Shown here: in pieces, positions 1-10,157 of the stretch
Layout of the letters: every line of letters starts with the position of its first letter
Numbering within the stretch: the first letter of the stretch is position 1
Virus record (IMG/VR): IMGVR_UViG_3300044641_010298
Location: 32,001-96,000 of that record
Strand: one strand, 5' to 3'
Length of the DNA: 64,000 nucleotides
Source of the DNA: a virus
Notes under the pieces: model-generated
What the model was told of the DNA's origin: nothing
The model's input: only the letters and a program-made list of their open reading frames with translations
Database searches by the model: none
Program-made: the position numbers and the translations under genes

Positions 1-252
1 GGGTGCTGGTGACCCAGTCCCGGGAGTTGAATTAAAACCTGCTGATGGTGCGGCAGCGCCTGCGATAGCAGCATTCTTGGAGGCTCTAAGCCTGACATCA
101 TTTGAACTCTCTCTGGCACCTGTTTCGATTCCAGACCCAGAAATACCGCCTGATTTTGACACTTCTTTGGTGCCACGATTTTCTTCTTCTGCGGCTCCTG
201 CTCCCTGTACAATTAGATCGACGGATGTATTGGTACCAACTTTGAATGGCAT
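1..252 (-). CDS. Partial hypothetical (probably virion) protein, N-terminus MPFKVGTNTS..., runs off the window
   Basis: ATG at 252 directly follows the stop of the upstream gene; 84 open codons to the window edge; not in the ORF track. Confidence 0.7.
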   Translation of the reverse strand, partial: MPFKVGTNTSVDLIVQGAGAAEEENRGTKEVSKSGGISGSGIETGARESSNDVRLRASKNAAIAGAAAPSAGFNSTPGTGSPAP

Positions 253-253
253 T

Positions 254-2221
254 TTATCTTCCTAGAGTTGAGCTGCCAGATTCGACTCTTGTCTTTCCGA
301 CATAGGGCGTAATGATTATTTTTGATGGATCTTTGTTTCCAATGAAAAAATACTGAATTCCTGCACTAATTGGGTTGCTTCTTATTTTTGTTCCATCCAT
401 GATAATTTCAAAGTGATCGACCTGGCTAATGTTTCCTACAAAAAACCACTTTAAGTAATTTCCTCTCTGAGTTCTTAGAATTGTAATATTTTTTACAAAA
501 CTTTCTGATATTCTTTCCCCGGGAACCAAAACATCTGAAAAAACTCCTGTTCGACCAGCATAATATCCGAGATCTGCCAAAGATGAAGCATTTCCATATT
601 TTAGTGTTGAATTTCTAATTGCATCTCTAGTGAAAAACTTTGAGCTGAAGCTTGATCTAGAGAATTTTGATCTTGTTCCTATTTGCTTTGATGCAAGATC
701 TACTGTGCTTTTTAGATTAAATGAATTGTCCGCTGTGACAGATTGTCCAGCTGCAAGAAGCTCCAATGCTTCAGGGGCTGATCTAACTGCGACCTCAAAT
801 CTATAAATGCACGGATCTGTATCAGGGTTTCGCAGGGAAATTTTTCCTGTTTTGTAGACGCCCACCATTTCTTCATCTCCCGTTTTTTGAGAAATTCTAG
901 AAACAAGCACACGTGTGATGGGCTTTAGATTGTTTGTCATTTTTTCAAGATCGTTAGAAAGAATGCTTTCTAGCCCCAAATCCTTGAGATCTGATACAAT
1001 CTCATCGTAAGACGTAGATGTGTTGTAGTTAACGTTAACATCAAATGAAATCTCTCTCCCCCGTGATATCTCGCTGATATTTGATCCTGTTGAATTTGTA
1101 GATATTGCCGCAGTAATTTTTGCCAAATTATCAAGCTTCAAAGCGGGAACTATTACTTCAGATGGGCTAGATCTGAGTATTCCAGCGTCATCAATGTAGT
1201 CAACTGTATATGTGTATTCGTATTGGGGCTTTCTTGCAGAGTCTGCTAAAGTTAGTGAATTTTGAGAATTTGACAATGATTCAACAAACTCTCTATTGAT
1301 GTCTGATATTCCCTGTCTATAAAGCATGACCCTTGAGACTGTCTGGTCGATTGATGATACAGAAAAAGAAACAGATGAATCGCTCAATGAAGCCATGTAG
1401 AAAGGAATCTTCTTTTCACTTTTGGCAAAAGCTGACTCAAATTCAGAAAAATTTCCTATTCCTTGCTGCTGTATTCTAGAGACAGGACTTGCTCTAATAA
1501 TATATTTCTGATCACTATCGGGTACATCAAATACAACAGTTGCATTTCCGCTCGCATCAACGCCAGATGAAGATTGCTGCCCAAAGGGTGTGTAATCAAA
1601 ACTAGATTGTGCATCGCTCTTAATCAAAAACTTGAATGCTCCAGTATTTGGGTCTCTCGTAGTTGCTGATGCGAAGATACTTCTTCCTCCCTGCCTTGTA
1701 ACTGTTAGATTAAAATCGTCGCTTGGCAGATCATACCTGTTTATCATCTGTGCATGATCAACTTCAATTGTATCGATTACTGTTTCTGATCTATTAGTTG
1801 CAATATTTACAGCTTCTATTGTGAAAAGGTCTCCTATTCCAGATCCAGGTATTTCAATCTGATAGGAAATCTGTGATACGGAAAGATCTGGTCTATCAAC
1901 GTATTTTTTTGCAACAATCTTTTTTTTGTCCAGGCTATTTGCTATTTGTGAAACTCTTTGTGCATCAATTGACTTCATCATATTTTGAGATGTCATGACT
2001 GATTTTTTTACAGAGACCGATCTGTCTCTCTTCTTTGCTGCAACAACTTGTAGAACAATATCTCCAGCTAGCCTTCCTATTGTTGATAGGTCAACTGATA
2101 TTTTGAATTCATAATTGAAATATGTGACGCTTCCCTGGATTCTATGCGAGACTATTTGATATCCGTTCTGTCCTACAAATGACACATATTTTGGTTCGAG
2201 TTTTCTGGCTGCGTACAACAT
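254..2221 (-). CDS. Putative virion structural protein (beta-rich)
   Basis: 655 aa ORF, translationally coupled within the baseplate operon. Confidence 0.55.
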   Translation of the reverse strand: MLYAARKLEPKYVSFVGQNGYQIVSHRIQGSVTYFNYEFKISVDLSTIGRLAGDIVLQVVAAKKRDRSVSVKKSVMTSQNMMKSIDAQRVSQIANSLDKKKIVAKKYVDRPDLSVSQISYQIEIPGSGIGDLFTIEAVNIATNRSETVIDTIEVDHAQMINRYDLPSDDFNLTVTRQGGRSIFASATTRDPNTGAFKFLIKSDAQSSFDYTPFGQQSSSGVDASGNATVVFDVPDSDQKYIIRASPVSRIQQQGIGNFSEFESAFAKSEKKIPFYMASLSDSSVSFSVSSIDQTVSRVMLYRQGISDINREFVESLSNSQNSLTLADSARKPQYEYTYTVDYIDDAGILRSSPSEVIVPALKLDNLAKITAAISTNSTGSNISEISRGREISFDVNVNYNTSTSYDEIVSDLKDLGLESILSNDLEKMTNNLKPITRVLVSRISQKTGDEEMVGVYKTGKISLRNPDTDPCIYRFEVAVRSAPEALELLAAGQSVTADNSFNLKSTVDLASKQIGTRSKFSRSSFSSKFFTRDAIRNSTLKYGNASSLADLGYYAGRTGVFSDVLVPGERISESFVKNITILRTQRGNYLKWFFVGNISQVDHFEIIMDGTKIRSNPISAGIQYFFIGNKDPSKIIITPYVGKTRVESGSSTLGR

Positions 2222-3174
2222 TAGTCAAGCACCACAGTAAAGAGGTTTAAGAAAGTAGCAGATTCATACTGATCTGTCTGGACTTTTCCAAAAAATATTA
2301 CTCGCTTGTTCTGGCGTGCTCTATCTGTTAGATCAGTTACCTCGCCATAATCAAATGATTCAAGCTTTGTAACTCCATCAACAGTAATTTCGTACATTTG
2401 CATGACTATATCATTGCTTAGAGATGTATCTTGGAAATTTGAATCAAATCTTTGCTTTATAGGATTTTGATCAGTGCCAAATATTTCATTTTTCATATCT
2501 TCATATGTGTAAGAATTTGACTCCTTTATATTCACAAATGTCCCAAGATTAACGTCAGTATCTCCGTTTTTAACAACTGGCGGCAAAAACTTGAACTGTG
2601 GCGAATTTGAAAATCTCCTATCAAAGAATAGAGAATTAGCAGTTCCAATGCTTGAAATAATTCCTAGATTATCACTGCTATTTATTGTAAAAGATGCTGT
2701 TACAGGATTAATGACAAAGCTATCTGTATCATCAAGCGGGTCTCTTGATCCAATTATAGTATTAAGCTTATAAGCAGCCTGAAATGTATTTGTTAGATCA
2801 ATAATTGCTGATGAGAATGATGAGCTAAACGTGGGATTAATTCCGTTTATTGCGAGACTTCCTGAATATATTGTGCCGTCTGATCCTAGCGTTGAAGCAT
2901 AGCTACTAGATGCTAGAACAATTGTCGGAATGATATTTCCAGAGTCATCTGTGACAACAGCAAGCATGTCCTGCGGGAGTGATGCAGGAGATTCTAGATA
3001 TATCCTATCAACAGCAGAATCAATAGATCCTGAAATGCTGCTTGGATCGTAGTATGTCTGCCCATCTGTAAATGAAGCATAGGCAACATTGAGTCCGCCT
3101 CTGGCCAGCATGCTCCTTCCCCACGGCGTCATGACAACATCCATAACCCGGGTCTTGGAATCGAGAATCCCCAT
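2221..3174 (-). CDS. Putative baseplate/virion structural protein
   Basis: N-terminus 'DVVMTPWGRSMLARGGLNVAYASFTDGQTYY' resembles large-myophage baseplate proteins; operon context. Confidence 0.55.
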   Translation of the reverse strand: MGILDSKTRVMDVVMTPWGRSMLARGGLNVAYASFTDGQTYYDPSSISGSIDSAVDRIYLESPASLPQDMLAVVTDDSGNIIPTIVLASSSYASTLGSDGTIYSGSLAINGINPTFSSSFSSAIIDLTNTFQAAYKLNTIIGSRDPLDDTDSFVINPVTASFTINSSDNLGIISSIGTANSLFFDRRFSNSPQFKFLPPVVKNGDTDVNLGTFVNIKESNSYTYEDMKNEIFGTDQNPIKQRFDSNFQDTSLSNDIVMQMYEITVDGVTKLESFDYGEVTDLTDRARQNKRVIFFGKVQTDQYESATFLNLFTVVLD

Positions 3175-3193
3175 TTATTGCCTCTAGATATAA

Positions 3194-5992
3194 CTATTGC
3201 AGGCCAAAGCTTCCCGTAACTCCAAATATGAGATTGTTTGGTCCAAACTTAGGAATATAACTAGGAAGAGTACCTCTATTTTTAGTCTGACCATCATCAG
3301 AAAAAGGAACTGAAGCTGTGCACTCAATGCTTAGATTGCTGCACTGTGTGAGTTCTCCGTCTACAACATTATCAGATGATGCACTCACAAAAGTTGCAAC
3401 TACAACACCCCTTGCAACTGTGTCTCTTCCCTTGACCTGTGTGACAAATTTTCCGTCTCTTGACTGCTCAAGCATGTCTCTGACTTGGCCGTATCTATCC
3501 CTTCTGTATACAACGCTTGGGCTTTGAATTCTTGGATTCATAAGACCATATCGAATAGATGCAGCTCCTGTGTAGTTTTTTCCATCTGCTCTACCGACAT
3601 CAACAGTTGGAATATCTCCGTTGTAATAGAGTGCAAACTTTGCAGCATCTCCAGAAACCGATGATGCAAATGTTGATCCCATCGTGTCATAAAACATTCT
3701 CAAGGATATATTTTTTATCCTATTCTGATTTCCTATGTTTTCATAGGTAAAACTTCTCTTTAGAAGCGTGTTGTTGGCTCTATTGTCATCGAAAGCAAAT
3801 CCGTTAGTGGCGTCCTCAATAATAAGAAGCCTGTTTGGATCCTGCGGTGCGGATGAAAATATTGGTCCAACCTGCGTGGTATTTGCGAGTCCACCAGATA
3901 TTACAGGAACAGGTGGAACAAAGGTGTCATAATAGATCTGTTCCTGACTTACCATTCTAACGTTTCTTTGAAGTGATCCAGTAATCCACCCCTCGCCTCT
4001 TGAGGCTCTAGCCACGCGCTTTCTTTCTCCGGATAAGAAGTCTCCGTAGAAAATGTTGTCAACGTAAGAACCAGAAAGAACCAGAGGATCAAAAATGTCA
4101 AACTGGTCAATAGGTCCAATCTCATGTATGTCTTCGTGTATCGCGTCTGATCCACCAATCTGATATGAAGATATATCAAATGCACGACCCCTGGCGATCA
4201 AAGACCCATAAAAGATGACACTTGTATTTCCAGGCCTGATCTCTAGTCGAGAACCTGTGACAGCAAGTATGTCATTGTCAATTCCATCGTATGACCTGCC
4301 AGGAGATAGCATATTGGAATTTGCACCAGACTCTATTCCAAAAATGATCTCGTCTTCGGGAAATATGATTGCAATTGTCTCTGAATTTGGATCATATTCT
4401 GAGACTGTTCCCACCTCAGTTCCAGAGGTAGAAAATCCGCTTCCTGAATCGATTACTTGGCTGGTTCCTTCCCAGAATGATGTAACCAGAGACCTTGGGC
4501 TCGCCTGCACAAACTGATCCAAGAAAAGAGATGGAATGCTTCCAGACCTTACATTCAAGTTCTCAGTTGTGCTAACTCTTCCAAAAGATCCTAAGCTTCC
4601 AGAGGCTCTCTGTCCTCCAGTCCAATAGTTCTGGATGAATACTGATCCAGTTACTTTGCTTCCTCCTGAAGCTGCATCACAGGCATACTTTGATGTCGTT
4701 CCAAAAACACTATTGAAAGTGAGAGGCCTAAAATTTAGATTTATGTTAAAATCTTGCTGGACCTCAACAGGCACACCACTTGACGAGGCTATGTTGTGCG
4801 ACATAGAAAATGGTGCAGCAAAACCATAGCTATGAATTGGTGTCAATCCGCCCGATACTATATCTAACGTAGGAGAATTGTAGAAACAAAACGACTCTTT
4901 TGCAATCAGATATCTGATACTACTTGATATGTCTTGCTTAGAGTCGTTATCTGCGCTTGATCGATTCTGGACGTAGACGAAAAAGACATAGTTGTCAATG
5001 TCCCTGCCGAATCCAAGATCCATTGTTTCTCCGGATCCTGTCGGAGGCATCTGAGTTCTTCTGACCCTTACTGGAATATCGACAGATATTCTATCGACAG
5101 CAAGAGCAAAATCAGAATAATCTAACATCTTAAATGTTTCATTGGTCCTAGCGTGATATCTTGGCGAATGAGGTGCACCAAAAACAGATGTTGGCTCTCC
5201 TATGGTGTGATATCCTCTTGCGCGAAGTGCGCTTGCATCCTCAGGAACGTAATACGGTCCTTCTGAAGTTATGCTGTATGGACTGCTAGAAAACTGAGAA
5301 AGGTAACTATTGTTGTTCTGTGTCAGCTGAAACTGTCCAGCTACTGCAGGTGCTGCAGAAACTGAAAGTGATGGGTCATAATTAATTATAGAATTTCCAG
5401 TTTCGGGATCTCTTGCAGCAACATCTATCCAGTTTCTGCTCGAAGGGTTGTAATATACGAAACCAGATCGCTGGGTCAGATAGAGCGGACCAGACGGATC
5501 TCTTGCTGATTGTGCTCTATTGAGCTTTGTTAATTCAATTGCATTTTGAGTTGGCATGATAAAATTTACTGAAACCTTATCATTTGCCCGGGCAGAAAAT
5601 CCAGGATAAACTGACTCAGGAAATCCTTCAATATCTGATCCTGACTTGTAAGCTATTGGACCAGCTCCTGTTGACTCTCTATACAAGAAGAATGTAGATC
5701 TCTCTGTAACAACTGCTCTATCCTGATATGAGTTTCTATCCTTGATGCTAGCAGTAACTCTCAATGATCCCGTGAAGAACCCTGAACTTCTTGCACGAGT
5801 CGGAGTAAGCATGTAAGGAGCAGATACAACTTGATTGTCTTCAAATATTAGTGTCGTAGCGTCATCATAGGGCTTAAGAAAGCTTTCTAGATCTTTCTGG
5901 CCAGATATTCTCTGAATTGGTGGAAAGATATTCTTATTGTCAAGATCTCTGATATATGCTCTCGGTGAAACATTTAAAAATCTGCTACTCAT
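3194..5992 (-). CDS. Large virion structural protein
   Basis: 932 aa, S/T/G-rich with many SGS/TGS motifs, in the structural operon. Confidence 0.55.
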   Translation of the reverse strand: MSSRFLNVSPRAYIRDLDNKNIFPPIQRISGQKDLESFLKPYDDATTLIFEDNQVVSAPYMLTPTRARSSGFFTGSLRVTASIKDRNSYQDRAVVTERSTFFLYRESTGAGPIAYKSGSDIEGFPESVYPGFSARANDKVSVNFIMPTQNAIELTKLNRAQSARDPSGPLYLTQRSGFVYYNPSSRNWIDVAARDPETGNSIINYDPSLSVSAAPAVAGQFQLTQNNNSYLSQFSSSPYSITSEGPYYVPEDASALRARGYHTIGEPTSVFGAPHSPRYHARTNETFKMLDYSDFALAVDRISVDIPVRVRRTQMPPTGSGETMDLGFGRDIDNYVFFVYVQNRSSADNDSKQDISSSIRYLIAKESFCFYNSPTLDIVSGGLTPIHSYGFAAPFSMSHNIASSSGVPVEVQQDFNINLNFRPLTFNSVFGTTSKYACDAASGGSKVTGSVFIQNYWTGGQRASGSLGSFGRVSTTENLNVRSGSIPSLFLDQFVQASPRSLVTSFWEGTSQVIDSGSGFSTSGTEVGTVSEYDPNSETIAIIFPEDEIIFGIESGANSNMLSPGRSYDGIDNDILAVTGSRLEIRPGNTSVIFYGSLIARGRAFDISSYQIGGSDAIHEDIHEIGPIDQFDIFDPLVLSGSYVDNIFYGDFLSGERKRVARASRGEGWITGSLQRNVRMVSQEQIYYDTFVPPVPVISGGLANTTQVGPIFSSAPQDPNRLLIIEDATNGFAFDDNRANNTLLKRSFTYENIGNQNRIKNISLRMFYDTMGSTFASSVSGDAAKFALYYNGDIPTVDVGRADGKNYTGAASIRYGLMNPRIQSPSVVYRRDRYGQVRDMLEQSRDGKFVTQVKGRDTVARGVVVATFVSASSDNVVDGELTQCSNLSIECTASVPFSDDGQTKNRGTLPSYIPKFGPNNLIFGVTGSFGLQ

Positions 5993-6699
5993 CTTAGAAG
6001 TCCTGCAAATGCAATTGAATCTGTTCCAAACACGGAAGAGTACAAGGTAGTGCCAAATGCACCAGTCTCATATTCAGAATCATAGTCACCTGTATCAATT
6101 GTATACCCGAGGCTGCTAGTCAAGGGCATGTCAACAAAAATATCAGTTACAGACTGTTTTGTTCCATAAAATCCTTCTCTTGATATTCCTAGCTCAGATG
6201 CGCCTCCATCAAGAAATGGGTCATAAGAAACACCAGTACTAATTCCGTCTATAGATTCCTTTGAAACTTTTGGTCCTCTTGTTTTTTGAGGAATTTCTTC
6301 GTTTACAACATAGCCTCGCGGCCTTATTTCAAAAATTGTAATCTTTCCATCTGTGCTAGTCTCTGACTCAAAATCAAGAGTCTGACCTCGAATTATTTCT
6401 CCAGAGACTAGAACCTGCTCTGCTGTCTTTCTTTCTACTTGGTCTGTAAAAGAAGTTATGTCAAGAACATCAATTAGCTGACCTAGATTAACAGGCTTAA
6501 CCTCCTGGTCAATCATTCCATCGCTTGACATTTCAGCCCACTGCCCAGAAGATATGAATAGAGAATTTTTTCTCTTGTTCATATCTCTTCCTTGCCTTAT
6601 CTCAACACCGTATCCTGTTTTGCTAGGCTGGAATGTCGGTGCTGTGGTTGTAGGTGCGGGAAGTTGCTTAAATTGTCCTACGTCATAAAAGGGTTTCAT
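5989..6699 (-). CDS. Hypothetical structural-module protein
   Basis: 236 aa ORF overlapping or abutting both neighbours. Confidence 0.5.
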   Translation of the reverse strand: MKPFYDVGQFKQLPAPTTTAPTFQPSKTGYGVEIRQGRDMNKRKNSLFISSGQWAEMSSDGMIDQEVKPVNLGQLIDVLDITSFTDQVERKTAEQVLVSGEIIRGQTLDFESETSTDGKITIFEIRPRGYVVNEEIPQKTRGPKVSKESIDGISTGVSYDPFLDGGASELGISREGFYGTKQSVTDIFVDMPLTSSLGYTIDTGDYDSEYETGAFGTTLYSSVFGTDSIAFAGLLR

Positions 6700-6701
6700 C
6701 T

Positions 6702-9700
6702 TTAGACAGTTCCATCAGCTGGTTCGTAAAATCCAAATGCTTCAGAGTATTTTGCGTAGTCTCCGTCCATGTTTGTTGTCATGAATGATTCTTGAGAGTA
6801 GTATTTAATCTTTCCTCTTTCGAGAACATGAGGCTCAATTATGTAATTTATTCCTAAAAATTTTGTTCTCTTAGGGAGAATTGATTCAACTAGATCGGTC
6901 AATGCAACATCGACCCAGCGAAATACATCATAAGTTCTAGCAAGATCAATCTTTCCTGTTAATCTATTGAAATAAACAGTAGAAAAGTGATCAATCTTAG
7001 AGTATGAATCATTAAACATCTCAATTGGATTTCCGAGAGAATCCTCAATGTACTGAGTTGTCCCAACAGTTGTCATAATATCTTCATTTAAAGCTTTGAC
7101 AGCACTATGCTCTATTGAAAATCTTACATCATCAACAATCTCGCTAACGTCATAAATTTCATAGACAGGTCCAGAAATTGTAAGACTTGAATCTGTTTGC
7201 GTTGGCACATCGAGCCCTCTGACTCTAACCTTGTTGGAGACCTGCTGTAGATCAAATCTTGGAGATATTCTATCAACTGAGGCTAGATATGGAACGATAA
7301 CACGTTCTCCCGATCTGAATCCAGACCCTGATAGGTGTAGGCTATTTTGGCTGAAATCGAATATTCTTATATTTCCTGCGCTATCAGAGGATGTAGTTGC
7401 CTGGTCACATGATGCATCAATTCTCATTCTCTGGAAGGCACCTGTCTGCACAAGATCAAACCCTAGACTGATCTCCGGATTGCTGGTGCCTATGCTTGCA
7501 AAATTTCTTGCATGTTCGATGAAAGAAGAATCATCTAGTCTCGAAGAGAAGAACTTAATGTGTGAAACTTTTCCAGTAAAATTTGAATACAAAAAGTCTG
7601 GCTCGCTATTCAAGAGACGTGTAGATGCGTCTATGCTCTGCGACCCCACGATAATTTGAGATCCCGATGCGTTGTATGAAGAGTCTATGCCCTGGAAGGC
7701 GCTATTGCTGTATCCAGTTGAAACTTCAGTGTAATAAGAAGAAGTTGAGAAATAATTTGCCTGATTTCCAACCTGTCTTGCACACTTTAGGGTGTATAGT
7801 GAGGCACTCAATCCAATTTCGTCGTTCCTTGCTCTCTCTAGGCCAACAGTCCACCTCTCTCCATCAAAAATATTTACACCTGTCAAGAAAAGAATCATCG
7901 AAGCAGGAGCTACTCCAGATGCTTCCATTGAAGGCTTAAGCCCGAGCCTTAGAGTCCCTGATCCCTGTGTACCCTGTACGTAGATTATATTTGCATAAAG
8001 CGAACTATTTAGAGCGCTTCCGGTACCTGCGAGCCTCATGAGGCTCTGAGACATCGGGTGATTTAAACTCTTGTCAAAAACATAGGAGGCTTCGACAAAG
8101 AACGACCCTGATGTCATCAGTCCGTCATTTGGATTGTTAGATATACCATGAGGCGGAAAAGCAGCTGTATTTACAAAAGAGCCGCCTATCTCAGGAAATC
8201 CTTTTTCTACTCTGGATGCAGACAAAAAAGTACTTACAATCCGTGGAGAATCTGTCCTAAATCCGGGATAAGAAATTGACCCGGATGGAGTAGTGAGACT
8301 TCCTGAGAAGTTGACCATTGATGTTACTTCAATTGTTTGATCTCTAAGATCTGCAAGTCTAGCTTCTCCAGACATTCCATACTCTCTAATGGTAAAGAAG
8401 TTCTCAGGAACTATTCCTGACGATAGCATAATTGACCTTACTGCTGATTTTGTTCCTTTTGCAGAATTAACGTAAGACATGTTTGAAATAATTCTACGCC
8501 AGAGATCATCTCGAAGAGATCGAAGCGTATAAGTTGTTAACTCATCATCGTTGACATTGTTTCCAAATGAAAATTGCTCTGTAGTTGACTTTGCAAAGAA
8601 GTTTGGAAGATCTATTCCAAAATAGTCGGCTGCATATTTGATCATCTGGCTGTTTATCTTCTCTTCTTCTCCTAGCTCAACAGCCAGAAGATTAGACATG
8701 CTGTCAATAAACTGCTTGATCTCATCAACCTGTATGGACATCAAAGAGAGAGTAGAAAGGAGGGGAGAAGATCTTGGCATCTCTCCAGTTCCTGGAATAG
8801 AATCTAGTTCAGGAAATTCACCAATTCCTGAATCAAATCTGGATAAGCCGCTTGCGATAGCACTTTCCTGCAAATAGTGAGCCGGCACAAAATTTGTTAC
8901 AATATTTGGATTCTCTTCATCGTAATCTGAGGCACTCGTGATCAGATTATTAATCTCTGTTTGAAAACTAGAAAAATCAGGATAGAGAACTGGACTATAA
9001 TATGGGTTCTGATTTGAAAGTGGGACTCCGATAGAGCTTGTCATACGAAGGTGCTGTGAGAAATTTAAAATTTCAGAATGAAGACATTCTCCAGAATAGT
9101 CTAGTGCTACATTATTCATGTCATACGAACCGCTTGGTTCATCAAATCTAAAATAAAGCTTTAAGCTAGAGGTAGAAAAAATCTGACAATTTTTGTATTT
9201 CTCAATATTTTCTTCAGTTCTCTGGTCTGTAAAAAATCTCAATTCATCAATTGCGCCGCTCAGGGTTTGTCTGGGAAAAAATCTGTAGTCAAATATCTCG
9301 TGTAGACTTCCGCTTCCTATAAAAAGACTTGAAGTGTCAAAACTAAGTGATCCAAAATCCTGGTAATCAGATGATGAACCTACAAGATTTTGATCAACAA
9401 ATATTTTTGCTCTTTTTCCTCCATCTTCATCAAACAGACAAGCTCTGACGTGTGAAAAATTTCCCTTTGAGAAAGTTCCAGATGCTATCACGTATGAATC
9501 AGAAGCTGAGGAGACAAGAAATAGAATTCTACAGTCAGACGTTGAAGCTGATTGTGAGATAGCAAGCGTGTATCCCGCAGAGCCTTGCAGTCTCTGAACA
9601 ATAACCTGATTATCGTTTGAAATAGGGGGAACATAAAGATGTGCCTCTATCTCAAAGGGACTTTGCCCAATAACAATTGCTGCTTCTCCGCTTGCGCCAG

Positions 9701-10157
9701 GTGCTTCCGGAAAACTATAGCCCTTGTATGGCTTTACCTCGATGTATGTACCACCTGTCCGTTCAGTTACTTGAGTTCCAGAGAAAAAAAGATATCCTAT
9801 ATTCTTTGGAACACTATCAAAAATGTACTTCTCAAATCCTGTAAGTCTAAAGAGGAATTCATCTATTTCTGCACCAGATCCTGTATATGGGTACTCATTT
9901 ATCGACTTGTACAGAGCAACATCCAGCTTTGACCGGGCAGGAGAAAAGAAAGTGTGATTGCTAAATTTAGAAAAGTCTAATGAAAGCTGCTGTGTAGACT
10001 TAAATCCTGCAAGATATGAGTCTATCACAAAGTTGTTATCAGAGACATCGTGGTCAGCTAGTGCTGAATTACTTATGCCCCTTCTAACAGCATTTGTAGT
10101 TGTCTGGCTTTTTCTTCCTCTAAAAAGAGGAGGACGCGTTCTTAAACGAGGCATCAC
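6702..10157 (-). CDS. Baseplate wedge-like protein with LamG/concanavalin-like domains
   Basis: LamG signature 'LFIGSG...LSGAIDELRFF...LKLYFRFDE'; 'NSAKGTKSAVRSI' tail/baseplate I-type motif. Confidence 0.65.
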   Translation of the reverse strand: MMPRLRTRPPLFRGRKSQTTTNAVRRGISNSALADHDVSDNNFVIDSYLAGFKSTQQLSLDFSKFSNHTFFSPARSKLDVALYKSINEYPYTGSGAEIDEFLFRLTGFEKYIFDSVPKNIGYLFFSGTQVTERTGGTYIEVKPYKGYSFPEAPGASGEAAIVIGQSPFEIEAHLYVPPISNDNQVIVQRLQGSAGYTLAISQSASTSDCRILFLVSSASDSYVIASGTFSKGNFSHVRACLFDEDGGKRAKIFVDQNLVGSSSDYQDFGSLSFDTSSLFIGSGSLHEIFDYRFFPRQTLSGAIDELRFFTDQRTEENIEKYKNCQIFSTSSLKLYFRFDEPSGSYDMNNVALDYSGECLHSEILNFSQHLRMTSSIGVPLSNQNPYYSPVLYPDFSSFQTEINNLITSASDYDEENPNIVTNFVPAHYLQESAIASGLSRFDSGIGEFPELDSIPGTGEMPRSSPLLSTLSLMSIQVDEIKQFIDSMSNLLAVELGEEEKINSQMIKYAADYFGIDLPNFFAKSTTEQFSFGNNVNDDELTTYTLRSLRDDLWRRIISNMSYVNSAKGTKSAVRSIMLSSGIVPENFFTIREYGMSGEARLADLRDQTIEVTSMVNFSGSLTTPSGSISYPGFRTDSPRIVSTFLSASRVEKGFPEIGGSFVNTAAFPPHGISNNPNDGLMTSGSFFVEASYVFDKSLNHPMSQSLMRLAGTGSALNSSLYANIIYVQGTQGSGTLRLGLKPSMEASGVAPASMILFLTGVNIFDGERWTVGLERARNDEIGLSASLYTLKCARQVGNQANYFSTSSYYTEVSTGYSNSAFQGIDSSYNASGSQIIVGSQSIDASTRLLNSEPDFLYSNFTGKVSHIKFFSSRLDDSSFIEHARNFASIGTSNPEISLGFDLVQTGAFQRMRIDASCDQATTSSDSAGNIRIFDFSQNSLHLSGSGFRSGERVIVPYLASVDRISPRFDLQQVSNKVRVRGLDVPTQTDSSLTISGPVYEIYDVSEIVDDVRFSIEHSAVKALNEDIMTTVGTTQYIEDSLGNPIEMFNDSYSKIDHFSTVYFNRLTGKIDLARTYDVFRWVDVALTDLVESILPKRTKFLGINYIIEPHVLERGKIKYYSQESFMTTNMDGDYAKYSEAFGFYEPADGTV